Below the pieces are notes generated by a model. It made no database searches. It saw only the letters and a list, made by a program, of their open reading frames with translations, and was not told where the DNA came from. A DNA stretch of 55,727 nucleotides, counting the filler, from Jimgerdemannia flammicorona (lineage: Eukaryota): the NCBI GenBank assembly GCA_003990765.1. It is 2 parts of 2 records of this genome, joined end to end, with 100 filler letters (N's around TTAATTAATTAA, not from the genome) between each part and the next. Parts side by side here need not be neighbours in the genome. Positions count along the whole stretch, not along the records: positions 1 to 27,814 come from RBNJ01000598.1; 1 more part is not named here. The stretch is one strand, 5' to 3'. Shown piece by piece: positions 13,200-23,770 of this stretch. A program made the translations under genes and the position numbers. Numbering within the stretch: position 1 is the stretch's first letter; each line of letters begins with the position of its first letter.

Positions 13200-16100
13200 A
13201 ATGCTCATTTTCAAAGGTCTAGTCAAGGGACAAGAACTAGATGTTCTCATAGACAGTGGAGCTGTTGAGAACTTCATCAACAAGAACCTCATTAACAAGC
13301 TCAAGATTCTCACCAAACTAGCTGGCAAGAATGGTAGAGTTGTTACTGCAGATAGTACTACCTTACTAATCAACTCAATTGCTGCTAAACTCCCTCTCAA
13401 GATCCAGAAGTACTGGGAACATTTAGATTTTGAGATAGCACCACTAAGAGACCATAATCTGATCCTAGGCAAACTCTGGCTTACATGACATAATCCACAG
13501 ATTAATTGGATCAAGAATGAAGTCACCCTGATTCAGGATAGAACCAACATTACCATCAAGCCAGAAAAGACTCAGACAAGAACTCCAATTGCTACCCTTT
13601 TGGCAATTCAGTTCAAGAAGGCCCTCAAGAAAGCTACCTGTGCCTTTGTGGTACTGATCTGACTAAAGAAAGAAGACAAGAAGCTATTAATTAGTGAAAG
13701 TGTCAAGTTACTGCTGAACAAGTACAAGGATGTCTTCCTGGACAAACTACCTGGCCTACCACCTTCAAGAGACCATGATCATGAAATAAAGTTGGTACCT
13801 GATACAGCTATACCTAAGAAGAAAATGTACTACATGTCTCCACTCAAAATTGAAGCAGTCAAGAAGGAACTCAATGAACTCATTGAGCAAGGAGCTATTC
13901 AGCCAAGCAAGTCACCCTTTGGCTCCCCAGTCCTATTTGTTAAGAAAAAGGATAATACTCTGCAAATGTGCATAGACTACCAAGTACTCAACAAGATCAC
14001 AGTCAAGAACCATTATCCACTACCACTCATAGATCAAATCTTTGATACTCTTAAAAATACAAAGTACTTCACCAAGATTGATCTCACCTCTGAGTATCAC
14101 CAAATTTGAATCAAGTCAGAAGACATACCCAAGACTGCCTTCATGATACCTTTTAGACTTTATGAATTTCTAGTCATGGCCTTTGGTCTCACCAATGTAC
14201 CAGCAATCTTTCAAGATCTCATGCAAACTGTCTTTAAGGATCAGCTCTATATCTTTGTACTTGTATATATTGATGACATCCTGATCTTCAGTAGTACTGA
14301 AGAAGAACATCTCAAGCACATTGAACAAGTCCTCAAGATCCTCTGTAAGAACAAGCTCTATATAAAGCTCAAGAAATGTGAATTTTTTAAAGGTCAAGTC
14401 AAATACCTTGGACACATTATATTAGTCAAAGGAATTCAAGTAGACCCAAGGAAAATACAAGCCATTGAACAGTGGCCTGTACCAGCAAACCTCACTGAAC
14501 TTAGGTTCTTCCTTGGTCTGGCTGGATACTACTATCAATTTGTCAAGAACTTCTCTGGCATTACAGAATCTTTGACAAACCTCCTGTGAAAGGAACTCAA
14601 CTCTGATCTCTATGTCCCCTACATCTGAGATGCTTTCTGTCAACAAGCTTTTCAAGAACTCAAGAACTACCTGACCCATGCACCAGTCCTTAGAAATATG
14701 GACCCAAACTTGAAGTTCACAGTTACTATAGATGCATCCAACTTTGCCATTAGTGCAGTCATTTCTCAAGATGATGGTCAAGAACACCAATCTATTACCT
14801 TTGAGTCAAGAAAATTGTCTCCAGCAGAACAAAAGCTGGCTACTCACAAAAAGGAACTCCTGGCAATTATGCATGCCCTCAAGACTTGGTGACACTATCT
14901 AGAAGGAGTTGAGTTTGACATAATCACTGATCACAGGTCCCTTCAGTATATCAATACTCAACCAACCCTTTCTTGCCAACAAGCCAAGTAGAGTCAACTA
15001 CTTTAGACCTTTACCCTAAATATCATCTATAAGCCTAGTAAAACTCTAGTTGTACCAGATACACTTTCAAAGAGACCTGACCTTGCTGCAATTTTACAAG
15101 TTACTGTGGCACCTGAATTCCTCAATCAGATCAAGAAGACATATGAACAAGACTCTCTGGTTCTACAAAGGAATACCAAGGAATTCAAGGAAAAGTATAC
15201 TATCAAGGATAATCTCATATACTATTAAGACAAAGTATATATTCCTACCAACCCTGAACTATAGTATAAGATTCTTCATAAACATCATGACTCCCCACTA
15301 GCTGGTCACCTTGGAACTGAGAAGACTATCAAAAATATCCAACAAGACTACTACTGGTCAAACATGCTCAAGGAAATTAAAGAGTATGTCCAAAGCTATG
15401 ATCTTTACCAAAGAAACAAGTCAAGCAACCAAGCACTCACTGATCTTCTACAACTTTTGCCAATTCTAACCAAGAAGTTCAAACAAGTTACAATGGACTT
15501 TATTGTGCAACTCCCATGAACCAAAACAGGCTATGATACTATTGTTGTATTTGTGGATCATCTCACCAAGATTACAATCGCCAAGCCAACCATAATCAAT
15601 ACCACTGCCCTAGAAATTGCAAGAATCTTCTTCAAGACTGTCTTCCACCATTATGGACTTCCCTGAGTAATTATCAGCAACTACAACCCCAAGTTCACAA
15701 GCCACTTCTAGCAAGCACTCTTCAAGACCCTTGGAACTCAAATTGCTATGTCTACTGCCTTCCACCCTCAAACTAATGGACAAACTGAGCGAATGAACAG
15801 AACACTTGAATAAATGCTCAGAAACTATATGTCTTATAAGCAAGATGATTGGGACCACTATCTGACCTATGCCAAGTTCACCTACAATAACACCACCCAA
15901 TCATCAACTAGCCTTTCTCCATTTCAGCTACTTCACAGTCAAAACCCCAAGACCCCTGCAAGCCTAGTCTCATTTTAGCAATCCAGTCATACATAAGTCT
16001 CCACAGCTCAGAACCTTATTGACAAAATAGATTCCCTTCTCAAGATCGCCACTATGAACCTGCAAAAGGCTCAGCAACATTAAGCTAAGTATGTAGATAA

Positions 16101-16560
16101 GAAGCAGCAAGATATCATATACAATATTGATAATATAGTTCTACTCAAAGCTGACAACATCAAGGCTCAATCTCAAGTCAACTACCAGTCAGCCAAATTC
16201 CAGCCCAAGTATCTGGGCCCCTTTGAGATCACTGAGCAAGTCTCCACCTGATCTTACTGTCTCAACTTGCTAACAACTATGCATATACATCCAGTATTCC
16301 ATATATCACAACTCAAGGCCTGGAACCAGTCACCTCCATATCCTAGCTGAATTCCAACACCATCAGCACCAGTGATAGTTGAAGACCACATTGAGTATGA
16401 AGTTGAGAAAATCTTAGACAAATAAGTCTGGTACTGTTGCACAGAATACCTAGTCAAGTGGATGGATTACCCTGAATATGATGCCACCTGGGAACCTGCC
16501 ACCAATCTCAAGAACTCTCAAGACCTCATCCAAGAGTTTGAGCAAAAAGGAACTCATTAA
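13200..16560 (+). pseudogene. pol: aspartic protease, RT, RNase H, integrase, chromodomain
   Basis: [108 protein letters not shown] (16390-16560). Confidence 0.95.
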
Positions 16561-16860
16561 CTGTCCATGAGATTCTCCCCTTGGATAGTAGACAACATAC
16601 TGTGTTGATCAGGCACATTAAGCATCAGGGCACTCTAAAAGATATAGCATCAGAAACAAGAGATATAGGAGAACTCTATAAATCTTGCAACCAATGAGGT
16701 TCAAACCAGTTCTCATCTGATCAAGATGATACTTTGGCTCTCACCTTATACAAGGATGGCCAGTCCTTGCCAATGAGCCAATATATTTTATTTAAAGTTT
16801 CTTTTAGTCTTATTTTTTATTATATATAACTTTGAGAATTCAACAAGGATGTTGATTCTT

Positions 16861-17268
16861 AAGGAGGGGGAGATGTAATATTTTAGCATAGTTTACATCT
16901 TTTTCTTTATCTTTCCTCAATATTCTATGACCTTCCAGTACTTTCTGAACACTTAGAAATCCTTTCTTGGTACCAAGCATCCACTAGTACTTATTTAGCT
17001 AGTTATTGAATATCCTGGAAGCTTGTAGAACTTCATTTGTCATCCTTGCTGAGAACTTTCCTCTTGGCATTTTCCTTTGATTTCTCAGATCCTTCTGGAT
17101 CCTTCTTTCAGATCTTGTATAAATATCCCCTTTGTTCTCATGAATAAAGTCTCAGAATGTTTTCTTCCAGAAATCCTTCAAGAACACTTGAATCCTTAAG
17201 TATCTCTTCAAGCTACTTAGAACTACCAGAACTAGTCACTTCCTCATTTAGAAACTAGAACTGTTACA
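16861..17268 (+). repeat. Polypurine tract (16861-16873) and 3' LTR (16874-17268)
   Basis: AAGGAGGGGGAGA followed by TGTAATATT...CTGTTACA and then the TSD GATGA. Confidence 0.95.
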
Positions 17269-18547
17269 GATGAGCTAAATTGATAAAGGAGAATTGAGAG
17301 AGAGTTATGGGAAAGAAAAAGCAAAGACTCAGGGATAAGGTAAAGACTTGAAGAGGAGAAAGAGAATAGTCAGCTGAAGAAAAAGGAGAAGATAAAAGAG
17401 CAATAAAAAAAGAATAAACTCAAAAGTTTGAGACTAGCAACTGGGAAAGACAAAGAGGGATAATATGAGAAACTACTCTGAGTATATCAGAAGTGATGAT
17501 GGAATCTGAGAAGAGACAGAGATACTGGAGGAGAACTATACTAGAGGGAAATTTAAGAGCAGAAGGCCTTCCTTTTCTCTTGGACTTTTTTTGAAGGGAG
17601 TGAGATAGACAATCTTGAGCAAACCCCATTGGAGTGCCAGACCTTGTGACCATAGGCCTTTGTATAGCCCTTGCATTCAGGAGCATAGGGAGAGAGAGAG
17701 GCAGAGGAACTATTAGAGATAGAGGGGGAAGCAAGTAGTAGAAAGAGTCATGAAATGAGAAATACCACCATAGAGGTAGACCAACTTAGCCAGATACCAG
17801 TAGGTATGGTGGAGGTGACTGGAGCAGACAGCATATGGCCAAGCCTCAACAGGGTGAAAACCAAGAGTATGGCCATGCTTGGGGGCAGAAAGGACTGAGA
17901 AGGAGGTCTTGGTGGGGGGGAGTGATCAAGAAGAGGCTGATAAAGCCTTGTTTGACTTAGTACAGATCTTGGTGGGGTCTTGATGATAGTAGTGGTAAAG
18001 GAGCAAACTTTGGTACAGTGGTGGTACAAGCCTCAGTATGAATAGTCTCAGAGATCAAAACCTTGGAGAAGGCAGGCAGGGGAGCAGTAGTGGTAGCACA
18101 AGTAGTGATAGCAGTATATGACCTTTTCTACTCATAGAGATAAGTGACAAACAAGATACTAGTAAGGAGAAAATAATAAATAGTATCAATATTAGCAGTA
18201 GTAGAGGGAATGTCAAGAATATCAAAGCTATAGAAGGGAGCAACATCTAGAAGGCAAAAGGAGACAAGGGTTACAAAGGAGATATAAGTATATTGGAAGA
18301 AAGTAGAAGCAGTAGCAGCAGTAGCAGTAGTAGTATTGGTAGCAATAATCTTGGTAGCAATAGAGATAGTATAAATTTCTTCAGAGAGGACTTAACAATA
18401 AGCCTCAGGAAGAACAGAGTAGTAAATAGCAGATGGAGCAATAATGTTGATGTTCCAGCAGAGATGAGCCTCCTTGGTAGAGAGAGCAAGGACTAACCAG
18501 AACTAAGAAAAGAGTAGATGATCAGAGAGATGAAGGTCCAAAAGAAG

Positions 18548-20619
18548 TGTAAGAGGGTTACTTTTTAGGGTAACCTTTACGTAGTTCTGGAAGGGTTTAC
18601 TGGATATTCTGGATGTTCTGGAAGACCGTTTTCTTATGGTCAAGATCAATTTCGTATGGAGTATGTCCTCTACACTTATTGATTTCAAGATCGGGTTGAC
18701 GTCTCAACCAAAGTCCTTTTTTGGACTAGTTCTGGATGTTCAGGATTTTCTGTATTTCAGGAAGTTCAAGAAACTAAGACCAGCTTAGTTGAATCGGCAT
18801 ATCGCTGCAGACAATACCCAATTAGGAAATTTCGTGACGGGGTTAGGAGTAGGACCTAACAGAGAGCGGATTTACTTAAGAGTGGTTTGTGGGTTATGAA
18901 ATAGGTTTATTCGCTATTCATGATATTGCTATACTAGGAGTAGTTGTGTGAAGGGATATTGTGGGGAAGTATTCAGGAATGTTCTTGTGTGTTTGATTCT
19001 GTTCGAGTCTGAGATTCTGAGGTCTGGGGGAGGGGGTATTTATACTAGTGAGGGGCTATCTGGACTAGGCTAGATATGGATGTAGCACTTAAGTGCTTTG
19101 CTGAGTCGGAATGTAGTCACGTAGTACAAGTGTGATCTGACATGTCAAGAGATCGTCTGACTGCTGAGTCAGTTCACAGTCACGTCGTACAAGGCTAATC
19201 TATCTATACTATGACTGCTAGACTATTTATGGTTTAGGCACTATCTGGGTAGTCTTCGATGACATCACCATCGATTGTATCATCTCTGATGAAGTAGTCG
19301 TCTAGGAAGAGTGGTTTGCGGATTACTTCTCCTTGTTGGCTGAGATAATAATACATTGGAACTTCATCTCCATCCCACAGGATAGCATCATCTGTTTTGT
19401 ATGCTGGATAAGGTGTTGCTGGGCGAAGGATGGGTGTACTGTCTTCGCTTTCATCGGATTCGCTATCTGCGTACCTTCTATAGGTTATAGCACTATGAGT
19501 CGTGGGGTTGTAGTAAGCTGGCGGCTGTGGTTCAAGTTGCTTGTACTCAGGTGGTGGTGTTGTTGGTTCAATCTCGAGGGTTGTCTGGAGGTACAGGTTG
19601 TGTTCTCCGGTCTCTTCATTGTAGTTGAAGTAGTCGGGGGTGAACGCGGGTTGGTATTCGTGCCAGTGGTCATTGTCCCAATAAGTCTCATATGTGGTTA
19701 TGAACTGTTGTAAGTTCATCGGCAAGGTTGGCGGAGTGATCAGAGTTGGCAGAGATCCTTGGCTAGAGGTCATGTCGGCGTCAGAGGGATCATTGTCTTC
19801 TGCTTCATCTTCATCGAAGTGGATTATATCGTAGACGTCCTTCATGGCATATCCGACTTGAGGCATTTGCAGGATATGGTCATCGGGGTGCAGGAAGGTT
19901 CTGTCTGTGGTTTCGACATACTCGAGATACTTGTGGTTGATTTCTTGTATCATGTCATCGATTTGGCCGTAGGACAGGGTAGCAACCATTTCGCTGGTAG
20001 TGACTCGGAGGCGGGGAATAAAGGTATTGTACTCATAGAAGAGCTCTCGATGTTTGCGGGTGATGAGCTTCTGGTGTTGAGACATCTGGGTAATGTCTGT
20101 ATTATGGTGGTGTTCGACCATGTCTTCCAGGAGGCAGCCGATCTGGTAGTAGCTTGAGATTTGTCCGATTCGGTGGGCCTCACTAAGCATATTCAGGGCA
20201 TTCCATCGGGCTTCCACGAAGTAGAGGGGTGCCAGGCTATGGATGTTCATGAGGGGCAGAGGGGGTGTGGCTCGGTTGATAATGGCATTCCAAATGTCAG
20301 CGCGGATGCGGTTGTAGATCTCAGTGGTCATGTTTGTGTGTTTGGAAGTTGTGGTTGTTATTTGTTTTGGTTCTCTGACTTGACGCGTCTCGGTGCTCAG
20401 TATATATCCATTTGGTCCTGATTGGTAAGGTTCCGTTTGTATAGATCTTGTGTTCCATGACTTCATATTGACTCAGCTTTGTGCGCTGTGACTTCGGTTT
20501 GACTCAGCTTTGTGATCAAGCAGGTGATTTCCAGATTTGTTTGGAGGTCGTGTGTGATTTCAGTGGCTTGTTCAGAGGGTGACGTATAATTTCGGTGGCT
20601 TGGAGGTTGTGCGCTTACA
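18548..20619 (-). mobile_element. Solo-LTR-like insertion (2072 bp) carrying an ORF
   Basis: Termini TGTAAG...CTTACA with 5-bp TSD AGAAG (18543-18547 and 20620-20624). Minus-strand TATAAATA (19037-19044) and AATAAA (18906-18911). No internal repeat, gag or pol. CpG-rich, unlike its flanks. Confidence 0.85.
19234..20466 (-). CDS. Intact orphan ORF (410 aa; ~365 aa if the start is the Met at 20331) in the U3 region of the solo LTR
   Basis: Longest uninterrupted ORF in the window. Helical-looking N-terminal half (YYQIGCLLE..RKHRELF..IPRLRVTT) and an acidic, Pro/Tyr-rich C-terminal half. Confidence 0.7.
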   Translation of the reverse strand: MKSWNTRSIQTEPYQSGPNGYILSTETRQVREPKQITTTTSKHTNMTTEIYNRIRADIWNAIINRATPPLPLMNIHSLAPLYFVEARWNALNMLSEAHRIGQISSYYQIGCLLEDMVEHHHNTDITQMSQHQKLITRKHRELFYEYNTFIPRLRVTTSEMVATLSYGQIDDMIQEINHKYLEYVETTDRTFLHPDDHILQMPQVGYAMKDVYDIIHFDEDEAEDNDPSDADMTSSQGSLPTLITPPTLPMNLQQFITTYETYWDNDHWHEYQPAFTPDYFNYNEETGEHNLYLQTTLEIEPTTPPPEYKQLEPQPPAYYNPTTHSAITYRRYADSESDESEDSTPILRPATPYPAYKTDDAILWDGDEVPMYYYLSQQGEVIRKPLFLDDYFIRDDTIDGDVIEDYPDSA

Positions 20620-20765
20620 AGAAGGGAGAGAATGGTAGATAAGATATAAGTCTCAAACAAGATTATAGTAGAGACAAAAGCAGAGAGAGGAAGAGGAGAC
20701 AAAATCTCATCTATAATCTCATCAATAGAGATAGAGGCCCTGAGGACAGATAGAATAACAGTAAA

Positions 20766-21560
20766 GAAAGAAGGCCCAGTAAGAGCCAGGAGCATAAACT
20801 CAGATCTGTAGTCAAAACAAATAGAAGATATATAGAAGAGTATATATAAGAGAGATGAACAAAGAAATACATTAGCCATTTATTGCTATACAAAAAGTAT
20901 AGTCTTTATATATAAAATATGAGATCCCAAAAGAAAAGATGTACTATAATATAGGAGTAACTGAATTAGAAATTACATGACTACTAGAGATAAGTAGAGA
21001 TAAAGAGAAAGCCAATCTCAGTTGCAGGATAAAAATCATAAATAAATACCAATAAACAAATCCAAATCAAGATTAAAAAACATCTACAGACTCCAGAGGG
21101 GTGAGCACAAGTAAGGGGTGAGACCAAAATAGAATAAGCCATAGTGAGCCTGAGCAAAGCAAGGGGTCAAAAGCAGTAGAGAGGAGTAGAGTAAAGGCTG
21201 AGACCCCAGAGCAAGCATGAGATCTCAGAGGAAATAAGAATGTTTTTTAATCTTAATTTAGATTTATTTTGTTTGTATTTATTTATAATTTTTATCCTAT
21301 AACTAGAATTGACTCTCTCTTTATCTCTGCTTATCTTCAGCAGTCATATGGTTTCTAATTTAGTTATCTCTATATTGTAGTGTGTCTTCTCTTTTGGGAT
21401 CTCATATTTTATATATAAGGACTATGTTTTTGCATAGCAATAAATAGCTAATACATTTCTTTATTTGTTCTCCTTATACATGCTCTTCTATATATCTTCT
21501 ATTCACTTTGACTATAGCTCTGAATTCATGCCCCTGGCTCTCACTGGACCTTCTTTCTCT
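20766..21560. repeat. PLE 5' pseudo-LTR forming a palindrome: arm 20766-21084, loop ~155 bp, inverted arm 21239-21560
   Basis: 21239-21560 is the reverse complement of 20766-21084 and of 3437-3753, e.g. GATTAAAAAACA versus TGTTTTTTAATC. Confidence 0.9.
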
Positions 21561-22904
21561 ATGACTTAATAAAAAAGAGTCTCATTACTAACTTTCTAGT
21601 TTTAGTAGCTAATATTATTTCCTCTTTTCTTTTATTTTTTATACTAATTAACTACTAGTTATTCTTTTTTTACTTTTAATATTTTTCTTAACTACTGATC
21701 TAGTTCTAGAATTTCTGATTATATCTCTCTATCTCTGATCTATATTCATCATCTGATCAGTTATCTAACTCTCTCTTTTATCAATACTATATATACTCCT
21801 CTCTTTATTACTAAAGATCTAGCAATCTCTCTCTTTTTCTCTATTACTATATATGTATTAATCTCTACTTTCTCTGTATTTCTCTACTCTTTTTAGTATT
21901 TTCAATACTCACTATAATCATATATTTCTTAAAAAAGTCTAATCTAAGACTTTTTCTTACTAATCTCTCTAAACTAGATAATTTCTAACTTATTATACTC
22001 TTAAAACTAGTTGAAAGTAAAATAAAGTAATATATATTAATCAAAAGTTCAATTTACTCTAAATTTAATATATCTAAGTAAATAAAGTAAAAACTATTTT
22101 CTAATCAATCTTATAGTTAATATTAAATCTAATTATAAAATTATTAATACTAGATCTAACTATAGAATTATTAATATTAAATTTAATTTTAAAGATTAAT
22201 GAGATAAAAAAAACTAATATAAAAAATTAAAAAAATTTATCTAAATTTTAAAGATCAGAAGAAGAGTATAAAATATAGTAAAAAAAGATATAATAAAGTA
22301 TTAAAATAAAAGATAAAATATTAAAATGAGCAATATAGAGTAATATTATAAAATGAGATATTAAAGTAAGTAGTAGAAGAAAATATATAAAAATAGATAA
22401 TATAGCGAGATATATTAAAATAGATAATAGAATTAAGATGGGTAATAAGACAAATTTTCAGAAAATGGCAATGAAATAAGCAGCAGAATAAGGCTTTAGA
22501 ATAAGCAATGAAATACTCCTGAAATCAGCACAGTAAACTAACATAAAGTACTAAAAAAAAAAAATTCTAAATTTAACATAAGGATAAATAGGTTTCATAA
22601 CAAAACACACTGAAATGGGCGCATGTTGGAATAAGTGGTGAGGTTAGAATGAGCGGTAAGGTTAGAATGAGCAGTGAGGCAAGGTGTCAGAAACGAGCAA
22701 TGGAATGAGCGGCCAGGTGAGGCCAATGATGCTATTAGCCGAAGAAATGTGCGCCACATTTACCACCACCTTTGTCAGTATGTCATGCAGCGGATGTAAG
22801 CGATATGAACATTCCGACAGATTCTGAAATGTACTGCAAATCTTCGCTTGCCGGAGTGGACGGAAAAGGCCGACTGTTAGCGAGAAGCAATGAGCTCCTG
22901 TTAA

Positions 22905-23185
22905 GGAGGCTTGCCGCTGATGAATCCTCATTCTTGTTGATGGAGGCTCATGATGAAAGCTTGTTGCTGATGGATTCTTGTTGATGGAGGCTCGTCTATG
23001 ATGGATCTTCGTCGCTGATGAATCCTCGTCGATGGAGGCTTGTTGCTGATGAATTCTCGTTGATAGAGGTTCATTGATAGAAGCTCGTCACTGATGGACC
23101 TCATCAATAGAGGCTCGTCAATGATGGATCCTCGTCATTGGATCCTCATCACTGTTGATGAAGGCTTATCGCTGATTAAAGCTCA
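22905..23185. repeat. Degenerate minisatellite of mixed 14/17-bp units (GATGGAGGCTCGTC / GCTGATGAATCCTCGTC)
   Basis: Repeated units are visible directly. Confidence 0.75.
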
Positions 23186-23770
23186 TCAAAGCTGAGTCCT
23201 CTGTTTATGTTCAGATAAAGGTATTTTATAAAAAAAATATATACTATCATTTTATTTGCAACAAATACTGATAATGACCTCTACTCAAACTTATAAAAAC
23301 TCATTACTACTAGAAACAATAAGTATTCTCTATAACTGCTCTACTTTGAAACCAAATAATATAATAACAAATAGCCTATTATTAACTATGATTCTGAAAT
23401 TCTATATATAAGATTATCTCAAGATAACAAGCTCACCTATATATTAGACAAATAAATAAACATTCACGTAGATCTATAAAAAGCAAAAACAAGTCTATAA
23501 ACACTGAGCAGAGTCTTGCTTTTTGTCTTGTTTGAAAATTTCACCTACAAAATACTAACTTTCTTCCACAACAATGAAAATCCCGTCCGTGTTTATATTT
23601 TATCATCATCTCATCTACCACAATCATTGGCTGATTTCACCTTTGACCAGCAAATCCAATTAGCTGGAGATTTCTCGAGAACTCACCCAGCCCAATAACA
23701 AATTTTCGGCAAATGCACTGTACCATAGATGCCAATGTTGAAAATATACGATATTTTATTAAATGCATAA

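Larger units (their letters stand above)
5648..17268 (+). mobile_element. Complete Ty3/Gypsy chromovirus LTR retrotransposon (gag-dUTPase-PR-RT-RH-IN-chromodomain), inactivated
   Basis: Paired TG...CA LTRs, 5-bp TSD GATGA (5643-5647 and 17269-17273), PBS, PPT and all pol domains in Ty3 order. Many premature stops. Confidence 0.95.
3437..21560 (-). mobile_element. Penelope-like retroelement (degenerate; no GIY-YIG recognisable), split by two later insertions
   Basis: RT motifs on the minus strand at 4000-5640. Direct pseudo-LTRs at 3437-3921 and 20766-21251, plus an inverted partial copy at 21239-21560. The TSDs of the nested elements show that 3922-5647, 17269-18547 and 20620-20765 were once contiguous. 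Confidence 0.75.

Noticed and set aside
18551..18860. TTAGGG-like words (TTAGGGTAACC, GGGGTTAGG)
   Set aside because: Isolated occurrences inside the solo LTR, not a telomeric array.
20463..20879. 138-aa ORF just upstream of the 410-aa ORF
   Set aside because: Chimeric: it crosses the PLE/solo-LTR junction at 20619.
20766..21560. Hammerhead ribozyme expected in PLE pseudo-LTRs
   Set aside because: No CTGANGA..GAAA core found by eye on either strand; mutation may have erased it.
22905..23185. Repeated CTGATGA resembling hammerhead ribozyme cores or a CRISPR-like array
   Set aside because: No GAAA after a stem II, no unique spacers, and a eukaryotic context.
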